From an uncultured cyanobacterium (GTDB lineage Bacteria > Cyanobacteriota > Cyanobacteriia > Phormidesmidales > Phormidesmidaceae), in assembly GCA_963793265.1 (NCBI GenBank), contig CAWBZI010000001.1, forward strand, positions 192,001 through 256,000: a stretch of DNA of 64,000 nt. Reading direction: 5' to 3'. Within the stretch, counting starts at the first letter, position 1; each line of letters starts with the position of its first letter. The notes under the pieces are model-generated. The model was not told where the DNA came from, did not search any database, and was given only the letters and a program-made list of their open reading frames with translations. Position numbers and translations under genes: made by a program. Shown here piece after piece: positions 1-9,181 of the stretch.

Positions 1-1239
1 GGTGCCACCGCCCAACTCAAAAGCCCTTTGTTCTAGCTTCCGCTGAAACGCCATGCCCGCTAGAGGATCGCCAGGATAGTCTTCTTCAGGGGTGATGCCT
101 ACAACAATCCCGCTGTTGGCATTTTTACCACTGCGCTCGTATTGGCTCATGCCGTTGGTCACCACGCGCCCCGGCTCAGAGGTCGCAGCGACCACCTGCC
201 CGCCCGGACACATGCAAAAGCTATAGACCGTTCGACCGTTGGAGCAATGATGAACAAGTTTGTAATCGGCGGCTCCTAGAATCGGATGTCCAGCACTTTC
301 TCCATAGCGGCACTGATCGATTAAAGGCTGAGGATGCTCAATGCGAAAGCCGACAGAAAAAGGCTTAGGTTCAATGTAGACGCCCTGAGCGTGAAGCATT
401 TCGAAGGTATCACGAGCGCTGTGTCCGACGGAAAGAACAACGTGATCGCTAGCGATAAATTCTCCATTTTCTAGCGTCACGCCTTTTACCTGTTGGCTTT
501 CTCCAATCTTTTCTACTTCCAGCTTTTCTACTTCCAGCTTTTCTACTCGGCTTTGAAAGCGAATTTCACCGCCGAGCGCAATGATCTGATTGCGAATGTT
601 TTCAACAATCTTGACAAGTCTGTAGGTGCCGATATGAGGCTTGCTGATATACAAAATTTCAGGCACCGCGCCATTCTCTACTAGCTCGGTGAGCACTTTG
701 CGCCCATGATGGTCGTTGTCTTTTATGCGGCTGTATAGCTTGCCGTCTGAGAAGGTGCCCGCACCGCCTTCGCCAAACTGCGCATTAGATTCGGGATTGA
801 ACTTGCGCTTGCTCCAAAAGCCGAAGGTGTCTTGCGATCGCTCATGAACCGCCTTCCCTCGCTCTAGCACAATTGGCCTAAAGCCCATCTGCGCCAGCAA
901 TAGCGCCGAAAACATCCCGCAAGGGCCGACCCCAATCACAATCGGACGAGTATTCAGATCAGCAGGCGCTTGAGCCACATATTTGTATGTCATATCGGGC
1001 GTAGACGAAACGCGCCCGTTCTTTTTAGCCTGTGACAGTATCTTCTTTTGCTTGGGCGTCTCAATATCGAGCGCATATACCAGCGAGATCGCATCTCGCT
1101 TGCGAGCATCATAACTGCGTTTAAAAACCGAGTAGCCCTTTAGCTCCTTAGGAGAAATCTTGAGCTTTTGAAGAATCGCTGAACGCAAGTCTTCTTCTGT
1201 GTGATTTAGAGGTAGTTTAACTTCTTTGAGACGCAGCAT
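1..1239 (-). CDS. FAD/NAD(P)-dependent oxidoreductase (uncharacterised FAD-dependent dehydrogenase family), runs off the left edge
   Basis: Not in the ORF track; hand-translated from ATG at 1239: MLRLKEVKLPL...PIVIGVGPCG (Rossmann GxGxxG)...QFGEGGAGTFSDGKL...YSFCMCPGG...VTNGMS; open to position 1. Confidence 0.9.
   Translation of the reverse strand, partial: MLRLKEVKLPLNHTEEDLRSAILQKLKISPKELKGYSVFKRSYDARKRDAISLVYALDIETPKQKKILSQAKKNGRVSSTPDMTYKYVAQAPADLNTRPIVIGVGPCGMFSALLLAQMGFRPIVLERGKAVHERSQDTFGFWSKRKFNPESNAQFGEGGAGTFSDGKLYSRIKDNDHHGRKVLTELVENGAVPEILYISKPHIGTYRLVKIVENIRNQIIALGGEIRFQSRVEKLEVEKLEVEKIGESQQVKGVTLENGEFIASDHVVLSVGHSARDTFEMLHAQGVYIEPKPFSVGFRIEHPQPLIDQCRYGESAGHPILGAADYKLVHHCSNGRTVYSFCMCPGGQVVAATSEPGRVVTNGMSQYERSGKNANSGIVVGITPEEDYPGDPLAGMAFQRKLEQRAFELGGGT
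508..547. repeat. 15-bp in-frame tandem repeat (CTTTTCTACTTCCAG x2.7)
   Basis: Seen directly; encodes VEKLE-VEKLE-VEK in the minus-strand oxidoreductase. Confidence 0.9.
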
Positions 1240-1490
1240 AGAAGGGAAAGTGGGCTAGGAAGGATTTAGAAAATGCCCTGTAGCTTCAGCTCAAATCCGG
1301 GCAGAACAGATTCGCCTGAGAGACGCAAAGGGCTAGATAGAATTTCTACCGATCTGCCTGGGCGATAGATTTCAACCTGCTTGTCCTTACGATTGATTAA
1401 CCAATAGTCTATCTTGAGAGCGGTTGAATAGACGGTTTGAGGTTATTTCATCTGGGTAAGGGCACAGAGATATATTCTAGGCAAAAATGG

Positions 1491-2900
1491 CTACTTGCCA
1501 ATACAAAAGCGGCTGAAGATTTCGTCGAGCATAGATTCTGTCATTTCTTCGCCAGTTACTTCGCCTAGCGCATGAATGGCCGTGCGTAGGTCAATTGTCC
1601 AAAAGTCTAAGGGCAGCTCGTTTTGAATGGTGGTCTGCACTTCAGCTAAGGCCGATTGGGCTCGGAGCAGGGCGGCTGCTTGGCGCTGGTTGATGGCAAT
1701 ATCGGTATCAGCCGCCGCGAGATTACCGCTGTGAACAGCCTTAAGAATAGCTTTCTCTAAAGCCTCAATGCCTTTTGACTGGGCGGCTGCGGTATAGACG
1801 GTAGCAGCGTTAGGAAGATTTTCAATGGTCTTGTTTGTTAAGTCTGTTTTATTCACCACTAAAATATGAGATTTGTTGCTTATTTGCGCGTACAAAGAAT
1901 CCTCAGCTTCTCCCCAGCCCTGGCTAGCATCTACAGTAAGAAGAACAAGATCAGCGGCTTGAGCAGCAGATTGCGATCTGGCTATGCCAATCTTTTCCAC
2001 TTCATCTACCGATTCTCGAATGCCCGCGGTATCGAGTACCCGCACGGGAATGCCGCCGACAGTTAGCTGAGACTCGACGACATCGCGAGTGGTGCCTGGG
2101 AGGTTTGTCACAATGGCGCGATCGCTCCGACTCCAAGCATTGAGCAAGCTAGACTTACCGACATTAGGCTGACCGATAATCGCGATTTTTATACCAGAGC
2201 GCAACAGTTCACCCTGACGTGCGCTCGATAGAATATGGGCGATTTGTGCCATGATCGCTTCGAGCTGCGATCGCACCTCATCCTCATCAATTGGCGGCAA
2301 ATCGTCTGCAAAATCCACCCGCGCCTCAACACTTGCGAGCACGTCTAAACACTGTGATCGCAACTGCCTAATCACGCCTGCAAGCTTTCCTCGAATACCC
2401 ATCAGCGCATTCTGCGCCGCCTGCGGTGACTGCGCGCCGACCAAATCAGCCACGCCCTCAGCCTGCGTCAAATCTAGCCGTCCGTTCAAAAAAGCCCGTA
2501 GCGTAAACTCTCCTGGCTGAGCGAGCCTGGCCCCCTGGCTAATACAGAGCTGTAGCACCTGCTGCACGGCCATAATACCGCCATGACAGTGAAACTCCAC
2601 CACATCTTCACGCGTGTAGGAGCGAGGAGAGAGCATGAGCAAAAGCAGAGACTCATCAATGACAGCCTGCGTGTCGGGTGATCGCACGTACCCATACAAA
2701 ATACGATGGCTCTCCCATACCTGCTGACCGGGCGCGTGAAACAGCGCTTGGGCAATCGCGATCGCCTCCACCCCCGAAAGTCGCACAATTCCCACGCTTC
2801 CCTGCTGCGGCACAATGGCCGTGGCGATCGCAACAATGGTTTCGCCCTGAATGATATCAGGAGAGACAGTAGGAGAAATAGAAGGCTGAGAAACGGACAT
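1491..2900 (-). CDS. mnmE: tRNA modification GTPase MnmE/TrmE
   Basis: [18 protein letters not shown]1 [24 protein letters not shown]-terminal FSRFCIGK. Confidence 0.98.
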   Translation of the reverse strand: MSVSQPSISPTVSPDIIQGETIVAIATAIVPQQGSVGIVRLSGVEAIAIAQALFHAPGQQVWESHRILYGYVRSPDTQAVIDESLLLLMLSPRSYTREDVVEFHCHGGIMAVQQVLQLCISQGARLAQPGEFTLRAFLNGRLDLTQAEGVADLVGAQSPQAAQNALMGIRGKLAGVIRQLRSQCLDVLASVEARVDFADDLPPIDEDEVRSQLEAIMAQIAHILSSARQGELLRSGIKIAIIGQPNVGKSSLLNAWSRSDRAIVTNLPGTTRDVVESQLTVGGIPVRVLDTAGIRESVDEVEKIGIARSQSAAQAADLVLLTVDASQGWGEAEDSLYAQISNKSHILVVNKTDLTNKTIENLPNAATVYTAAAQSKGIEALEKAILKAVHSGNLAAADTDIAINQRQAAALLRAQSALAEVQTTIQNELPLDFWTIDLRTAIHALGEVTGEEMTESMLDEIFSRFCIGK

Positions 2901-3100
2901 GCAAAAATAGACGGCTGAAGAATAGACACCTTAAGAAACAGGCGCTCGGAAATGGTAGCTGATACTGTAAAAGTAAGTCTACTGCTTTGTAACTTCTCAG
3001 CGAATCTTCAGGTACCGCTATTTGGCCAAGCGGGTCACTACTATAGAATGGTGGTAGATCAAGAACAAAAAAGAACAAAGATTATCGTAACTGAGCACCC

Positions 3101-3832
3101 ATGCTAGATCCTGCTTCAAAACCTAATGTATCTGGTCAGGAGGCAAGCGCAAGCTATGGATCGAGATATGAGTATCCACATGGTATGAGTGCCAGAAGCC
3201 ATACGAGCCAAGTTCTTGAGAAGCCAAAGCAGTTACCAGAGCAGCCGTTGAAAAAACGCGATAGTAGACGCCCCTCTCTTCCTCAGAACTTTTTGCTCAA
3301 ATGGCTACATGCTCGCTATTGGCAGCGATTGCTACGCTATTTTTACATTCGTTTTTTGAGAATGCGGAGCAGTCCGAAGGCGATCGCACGGGGTATGGCC
3401 GCTGGGGTATTCGCCGGATCTTTTCCGCTGCTGGGTCTGCAAACTATTATTGGCGTTGCGATCGCCTCCTGCATTCGGGGCAATAAAGTCGTCGCCGCTG
3501 CGAGCACCTGGATCAGCAATCCTTTTACCTACGTCCCGCTGTTCGCGCTCAATTTTCACATGGGTCGCTGGCTGCTGCGTTTGCCAAGCATCGAGCTGCC
3601 CTCTTCGGCAGTCGGCATCAGAGTGTGGATGGAGATGGGCATGGGCGTAGTGGCAGCGCTGATGCTCGGATCTTTTATTACGGGCATTGTGTTTAGCATT
3701 GCGGGCTACTACGCTGGTCTGCGGATAGGGCGGCGCGTTCGGACGATTAAAGCGGCTAAAGCAAGACGCAAAAAGCAAATGCGATCAGAACAGATCACGA
3801 TAGAGGCTGGTTCTGACGAAAGCCGTTACTAA
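3101..3832 (+). CDS. DUF2062 family membrane protein
   Basis: SPKAIARGMAAGVFAGSFPLLGLQT...WISNPFTYVPLF pattern; hydrophobic segments; start uncertain. Confidence 0.8.
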   Translation: MLDPASKPNVSGQEASASYGSRYEYPHGMSARSHTSQVLEKPKQLPEQPLKKRDSRRPSLPQNFLLKWLHARYWQRLLRYFYIRFLRMRSSPKAIARGMAAGVFAGSFPLLGLQTIIGVAIASCIRGNKVVAAASTWISNPFTYVPLFALNFHMGRWLLRLPSIELPSSAVGIRVWMEMGMGVVAALMLGSFITGIVFSIAGYYAGLRIGRRVRTIKAAKARRKKQMRSEQITIEAGSDESRY

Positions 3833-3916
3833 AACTGAAACCTGAGAGTCCTTCGCTAGAGCGCCTTGTAAGCTGATGAATAGTTGTTCCATTCACTGAG
3901 TTTGCAAGTCATCTCT

Positions 3917-4702
3917 ATGTCAAAAGCTATGTCAAAAGCTAACCTGAATCATTCCTGGCGTCGTTTGCGCCATTCAGCCGCGATCGCCTCTTTCCTGCTA
4001 GTGCCTATCGCCGGCTGCACGCTACTGCCTACAGCCGCCAAAGCGCAGCCCGCTATGTCTTCAGCCTATCAGCAGCCCGAGCAAACGCTGAGTGTGACTG
4101 GCCAAGGTATCCAAACCATTCCGACCACCCTCACAGAAGTTAGATTGGGCGTGCAGGTTGAAGCAGAAACGGCTGAAGAAGCGCAGCAGCAGGCCGCGCA
4201 AAGGTCTACGGCGGTGATTGAGTGGGTGCGATCGCAAAACGTAGACAAGCTGCAAACCGCCGGTATTTCGCTCTCACCTCGCTACGACTACAGCGGTGAA
4301 CGTCAGGTGCTCATCGGCTATCAGGCGACCAATACCATTAGCTTTAGGGCTCCGACTGAAGCTGCCGGGGTCATTATTGACGAAGCGGTTGAGGTAGGGG
4401 CAACCCAAATTGACGGGGTGAGCTTTGTTGCAGATGATAGTGCGATCGCTGCGGCTCGTCAGCAAGCGCTACAGGCCGCGGTGCAAGATGCTCAGGAGCA
4501 GGCTGATACTGTGCTAGCCGCGCTAGGGCTTTCTCGCCAGGAGATTGTTAATATCACCATTGGTTCTGTCAGTGCGCCGCCACCAGCACCCGCCGCACCT
4601 AGAGCAGCACGCGCGTTGAGTTCTGAGGTAGCAGCAGATACGCCCATTATTGGGCAAGAGCAATCTATTAATGCTCAAGTTACATTGCTGATTGCTTATT
4701 GA
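3917..4702 (+). CDS. SIMPL/DUF541 (YggE-like) exported protein
   Basis: TLSVTGQG, LSPRYDY..GYQATNTI, ARQQALQAAVQDA; N-terminal signal-like segment; ATG at 3917 or 3929 (12-bp duplication) more likely than TTG 3884. Confidence 0.88.
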   Translation: MSKAMSKANLNHSWRRLRHSAAIASFLLVPIAGCTLLPTAAKAQPAMSSAYQQPEQTLSVTGQGIQTIPTTLTEVRLGVQVEAETAEEAQQQAAQRSTAVIEWVRSQNVDKLQTAGISLSPRYDYSGERQVLIGYQATNTISFRAPTEAAGVIIDEAVEVGATQIDGVSFVADDSAIAAARQQALQAAVQDAQEQADTVLAALGLSRQEIVNITIGSVSAPPPAPAAPRAARALSSEVAADTPIIGQEQSINAQVTLLIAY

Positions 4703-4728
4703 GGATCTGAGGGCTAATAATTTTCTGG

Positions 4729-4743
4729 GCCATACGCCCCTAC
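4729..4743 (-). repeat. Partial REP-like element (GTAGGGGCGTATGGC on minus strand)
   Basis: Shares GTAGGGGCGTA with the copies at 32962 and 36403; intergenic. Confidence 0.5.
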
Positions 4744-4828
4744 CGGTTAAATAACTACTTTCGTTGCTGGTTCGGCGTATGGGTGTCTTCAACTGGGTAA
4801 AATGTGCCCGAGAGAAACGCGGAAATAT

Positions 4829-7000
4829 ATGCTGGGACAGACGCTCGCTGGTCGCTATAAGCTTACGCGCATTTTAGGAGCGGGTGGATTTGGACAAACT
4901 TATTTAGCGATTGATACTCAAAAGAGCAGTCGGCCTCAGTGTGTTGTGAAGCAGCTTCAGCCTGCTAGCCAAGACGCTAATTTTTTGACGGTGGCACGTA
5001 GGCTGTTTGAAACTGAAGTAAAAACCCTAAAGCGACTGGGCTTCCACGGGCAAATTCCAGCCCTGGTAGACTCCTTTGAAGAAGACAGCGAGTTCTATTT
5101 AGTTCAAGAATATATTGACGGACAGTCGCTAGAAAATGAGATTAAGCAAAAAGGCCAGTTCTCAGAAGCGGACGTTGTTGCCCTCCTAGAAAGCGTGCTG
5201 CCCGTGCTGCGCTTCATTCACGAAAATCATGTGGTACATCGCGATTTGAAGCCAGACAATCTGATTCGCCGCCGCCATACGGGTGAGATTGTGCTGATCG
5301 ATTTTGGTGCGGTAAAGGAGATTCGCACGCGGGTGCTCACGGGCGAGCAAACTGCGCTGACGATTGGCATTGGCACTCAGGGCTATACGCCGAGCGAGCA
5401 GCTATCGGGCAAACCGCGCTACAGCAGCGATATCTATGCGCTGGGGATGACGGCTATTCATGCGGTAACGGGGCGATCGCCGACCGATCTTCCCGAAGAC
5501 TTCGACAGCCTAGATCCACGCTGGCAAGACTATGCAGAGGTCAGCCCTGGGCTGGCAATCCTGCTGGGCAAAATGACCCGGCACTATATCTATCAGCGCT
5601 ATGCCAATGTTGCAGACGTTGAGCACGACTTGAACCGGCTAGATGAGCTACCGGCTGAGGCCGCTGCTGCAGCAACCTACGTAGAAACATCGATTCCGCA
5701 GGATGCTTTTGTTAGTAAAGCACCCGTGCGATGGCGAATGCGCAAGCGGGCTCGGATTGTAACGGCTGCGATCGCTACCGCACTGACCAGTGCTTTTATC
5801 CTTGGCCTACAGCAAAAGGGGGCTTTTGTAGAAAGCGAGCTAGCCGCGCACGACTGGTTGGTGAGTACACAGCCTGATCAAGGCCCCGATCCTCGGCTGC
5901 TGATAGTTGAGATTACAAAAGATGACTTAAGTCGGCTCGGTGTTGCGACCCCAACCGATGCCTCAGTCGCAACCGTCATCGAAAACCTTCAAAAACATGA
6001 GCCAGCCAGCATCGGACTAGATTTGCTACGTGGCGTAGAGTATGCGCCAGGCCTTAGGCAGCTACAAGAGAGCCTCAAGAGCCGCAACGTCTTTGCGACC
6101 GCAAAGATTGGATCTCAGCCGGGCGCTGGCCCTGACTCGCCGCCTATAGGCATGACCTCTGATCAAATCAGCTTCAGCGACATCGTGACCGACTCCGACT
6201 TCATGGTGCGGCGATCGCTCATTCGTGACGCTTTGCCTGACGAGATTATCGATAGCGAAAGGGATCAAAATTTAGGCAATGACATCAACAACCCAGCGCC
6301 TGAGCCAGTAGACCAAAATATCTACTCTTTGAGCATTGATTTGGCTATTCACTACCTTGATAGTATTGAGAACGTTAGCCCGACTGGAACAGATCCCTTG
6401 CAGATAGGCGATGTCATCTTCAGGACAATCACCCCTACCTTCGGCGGCTATCAGTATGAAAAAGTTTCAGGCTATCAAATATTTATGCAATATCGCTCGC
6501 CTAAAAACGTAGCCCGTCGCATTAGCTTTTCGGATGTTTTAGATGACGACTTTGACGGGGCGCTGATTGAGAACAAAATTGTGCTAATCGGATCTACAAC
6601 AGCCGACGGACAGGACTTATCATTTACTTCTTACAATACAGGGGGTAACGATGAAAAAATGCCCCGCGTCATCTTACACGCTCAGGTCATCAGCCAAGTT
6701 CTCTCCGCCGTGATCGACGGTAAAACCCTTCCTTGGGCGCTACCGGACTGGGTGGAGACAATATGGATTGTCGCGCTCACCGCAGCAGGTGGCACGCTGA
6801 TGGTACTCACCCAGAAAGGGCCTGTGCTGATCGCCTTTGGCCTTAGCGGGCTATCTGTTGCCTGCCTGGTCAGTGTTGTATGCTTTCAGTTCGGCGGCTG
6901 GGTACCGATGTCGGCACCGATGAGTGCATTTTTCTTGTCCGCTGCCGGAGCACGTATCAGCAAAAGCTATCAACGCAGACATTGGGAGGCCAAACAATAA
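4829..7000 (+). CDS. Hanks-type Ser/Thr protein kinase with C-terminal CHASE2 sensor domain and TM helices
   Basis: LGAGGFG, VVKQL, HRDLKPDN, DFG, GTQGYTPSEQ; then TM; PDPRLLIVEI, IGLDL, KIVLIGST, LHAQVISQVL; three C-terminal TMs; start 4829 or 4802. Confidence 0.92.
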   Translation: MLGQTLAGRYKLTRILGAGGFGQTYLAIDTQKSSRPQCVVKQLQPASQDANFLTVARRLFETEVKTLKRLGFHGQIPALVDSFEEDSEFYLVQEYIDGQSLENEIKQKGQFSEADVVALLESVLPVLRFIHENHVVHRDLKPDNLIRRRHTGEIVLIDFGAVKEIRTRVLTGEQTALTIGIGTQGYTPSEQLSGKPRYSSDIYALGMTAIHAVTGRSPTDLPEDFDSLDPRWQDYAEVSPGLAILLGKMTRHYIYQRYANVADVEHDLNRLDELPAEAAAAATYVETSIPQDAFVSKAPVRWRMRKRARIVTAAIATALTSAFILGLQQKGAFVESELAAHDWLVSTQPDQGPDPRLLIVEITKDDLSRLGVATPTDASVATVIENLQKHEPASIGLDLLRGVEYAPGLRQLQESLKSRNVFATAKIGSQPGAGPDSPPIGMTSDQISFSDIVTDSDFMVRRSLIRDALPDEIIDSERDQNLGNDINNPAPEPVDQNIYSLSIDLAIHYLDSIENVSPTGTDPLQIGDVIFRTITPTFGGYQYEKVSGYQIFMQYRSPKNVARRISFSDVLDDDFDGALIENKIVLIGSTTADGQDLSFTSYNTGGNDEKMPRVILHAQVISQVLSAVIDGKTLPWALPDWVETIWIVALTAAGGTLMVLTQKGPVLIAFGLSGLSVACLVSVVCFQFGGWVPMSAPMSAFFLSAAGARISKSYQRRHWEAKQ

Positions 7001-7908
7001 ATTCTCTACAGCCGCAGGACTTACGCTCACTCATTGAGGCGCTTAAACCATTAAGCGGCCTGCCTAAACCGCCCTCTGGTCAACTGGATAGCTCAGCGCT
7101 AGACGGCTGGTCTTTAGCAGGCAGAGATCCAGATGTCTTTCGGCATATTATGCCGCTCATGGGCTGGCTGTATGACCATTACTATCAGATCAGTACGGAT
7201 GGATGGGAGCATATTCCAGCCGACGAAACGGTGATGATGGTGGGCTCGCACAATGGCGGAATGCCTGCGCCTGATATGCACATGATGCTCTATGACTGGG
7301 TGCGTCGCTTTGGCCCGCAAAAGCCGCTGTATGGGCTGATGCACCCTAGCGTATGGGCAGCTTTTCCAGCCGTTGCTCACATTGCAGCGAGAATGGGCGC
7401 TGTGAGAGCACATCCTAGAATGGGAATTGCAGCGCTAAATAAAGGGGCGAGTATTGCGCTGTATCCAGGGGGTGCGCAAGATATTTTTCGGCCCTATTCG
7501 ATGCGCCACAAGATATATTTTCACAACAGAAGAGGCTTTATTAAGCTTGCGATTAAAAAGGCAGTGCCGATTGTGCCGATGATTTCTGTTGGCGCACACT
7601 CTACCCTAAGGGTATTAGGCGATATTTATCCGCAGGTAAAACAGCTTCACGACTGGGGGATACCCTGGGCGTTTGGCATTGACCCGGAAGTCTTTCCGAT
7701 CTATCTCGGACTGCCTTGGGGTATTGCGTTTGGCCCTATTCCAAATATTCCACTGCCTTTGAAGATACATACTCGCATTTGTGAGCCGATTCGGTTTGAG
7801 CGAACGGGGGCTGAGGCTTTGCGCGATCGCAATTACATAGACGCTTGCTACAACCGCGTACAGGCCAAAATGCAGCAGGACTTAGATGCATTAGTAGCAA
7901 GCACTTAA
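6997..7908 (+). CDS. Lysophospholipid/diacylglycerol acyltransferase family protein
   Basis: VGSHNGG..PD (HxxxxD-like), LYPGG, RRGFIKLA, VPIVP; start uncertain, candidate ATA at 6997 behind GGGAGG. Confidence 0.85.
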   Translation: MNSLQPQDLRSLIEALKPLSGLPKPPSGQLDSSALDGWSLAGRDPDVFRHIMPLMGWLYDHYYQISTDGWEHIPADETVMMVGSHNGGMPAPDMHMMLYDWVRRFGPQKPLYGLMHPSVWAAFPAVAHIAARMGAVRAHPRMGIAALNKGASIALYPGGAQDIFRPYSMRHKIYFHNRRGFIKLAIKKAVPIVPMISVGAHSTLRVLGDIYPQVKQLHDWGIPWAFGIDPEVFPIYLGLPWGIAFGPIPNIPLPLKIHTRICEPIRFERTGAEALRDRNYIDACYNRVQAKMQQDLDALVAST

Positions 7909-9134
7909 CCCAATACAACAGGCAGATGCTTGTACGTATGCCAGCCGGGTTTGACATCTAGCTTTAGCGCCGATGGTTCTATAGCCAAACGTAAGTTTGG
8001 ATTACGCTTTAATAAATTAGCTAGCGCAATCTTTGTCTCCATTCTTGCTAAAGGGGCTCCCAAACATGAATGAATACCGCTGCCGAAGCCGAGATGTTTG
8101 TTAGGAGAACGCTCAATATCGAATACTTCTGGATTCTTAAACACAGCGGGATCGCGATTGGCCGCGCCTAGAAAGGGGAAAACCGCAGACCCTTTAGGAA
8201 TCCTGACGCCGTGCAATGTCACATCTTCTAGAGCATAGGCAGGCTTCGTACTATGAACAGGGCCGCTATAGCGCAAAATCTCTTCTACGGCTGACTCAAT
8301 GAGATCGGGCCGTGCTCTAAGTTTCTCTAGCTGATCGGGGTGTTGCAAAGGCGCAAGTACGCCATTAGTAATAAGCTGTACCGTGGTTTCGTAGCCTGCA
8401 ACAATCAGCAAAAAAACCATAGCAACCAACTCATCTTCGTTGAGCTTTTCGCCTTCATCTTCGGCCTGAATCAGCTTAGTAAGAATGTCATCTTGAGGAT
8501 TAGAACGCTTGCGCTCAATCAGCCTGCGGACAAACTTAGACAAGCGCGGCATATCCCAAAACACCGTGCGCACCATTGACCAGCCCGAGAAACCGTTTTT
8601 CAGGGCAGTGAGGCCGTCTTGAAATTTGGGCATATCTTCATCATCTACGCCCATCATTTCTTGAATGACTGTGACTGGAATAGGTAGGGCATAAGCTTCT
8701 TTAAGATCGACAGTTCCTTTTTTCTCTGCCTTGTCTAGCAAATCGTGGGTTAACTGATCGATTCGCGCCGACATCTTTTCAAGAGAGTGCCGAGTAAATG
8801 CCTGATGCACCAAATTTCTCAGCCTGCGGTGGTCAGGTTCGTCTTCAGTAATCATACTTTGCGCTATAAGCTGAACGGCTTTAGGCATTGGGAAAGGCAT
8901 TCTACCGCCACCTGTTGCTGTCGTACGGTTGCGGACGAAGCGCGGATCTTTAAGAAAGTTCACGCAGTCGTCGTAGCGAGAGAGTACGTAGACATTTAAG
9001 ACGCTCAGTTTACCGCGGAAGACGGGCGACTCCTCACGCAGCCATTTGTAGTACTCGTATTTGTTGTTGGCAAACTCTTTAGAGTTTAGATTGAGCGGAA
9101 GCTGCAACTTGTGAGGGGTCTGTGTGGTAACCAT
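7905..9134 (-). CDS. Cytochrome P450 (CYP107-like bacterial type)
   Basis: I-helix AGYETT, EILR (ExxR), heme ligand FGSGIHSCLG. Confidence 0.96.
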   Translation of the reverse strand: MVTTQTPHKLQLPLNLNSKEFANNKYEYYKWLREESPVFRGKLSVLNVYVLSRYDDCVNFLKDPRFVRNRTTATGGGRMPFPMPKAVQLIAQSMITEDEPDHRRLRNLVHQAFTRHSLEKMSARIDQLTHDLLDKAEKKGTVDLKEAYALPIPVTVIQEMMGVDDEDMPKFQDGLTALKNGFSGWSMVRTVFWDMPRLSKFVRRLIERKRSNPQDDILTKLIQAEDEGEKLNEDELVAMVFLLIVAGYETTVQLITNGVLAPLQHPDQLEKLRARPDLIESAVEEILRYSGPVHSTKPAYALEDVTLHGVRIPKGSAVFPFLGAANRDPAVFKNPEVFDIERSPNKHLGFGSGIHSCLGAPLARMETKIALANLLKRNPNLRLAIEPSALKLDVKPGWHTYKHLPVVLG

Positions 9135-9181
9135 TGACCGTCATCTCCTAATAACGCTTGCTCTGATAACTATCACGACCT

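Noticed and set aside
493..684. 63-aa ORF with LFYFQ repeats
   Set aside because: Antisense shadow of the FAD oxidoreductase; the repeat is the 15-bp duplication read on the other strand
6880..6996. ATG 6880 as the acyltransferase start
   Set aside because: Requires a 121-nt overlap with the kinase TM-coding end; a better RBS precedes 6997
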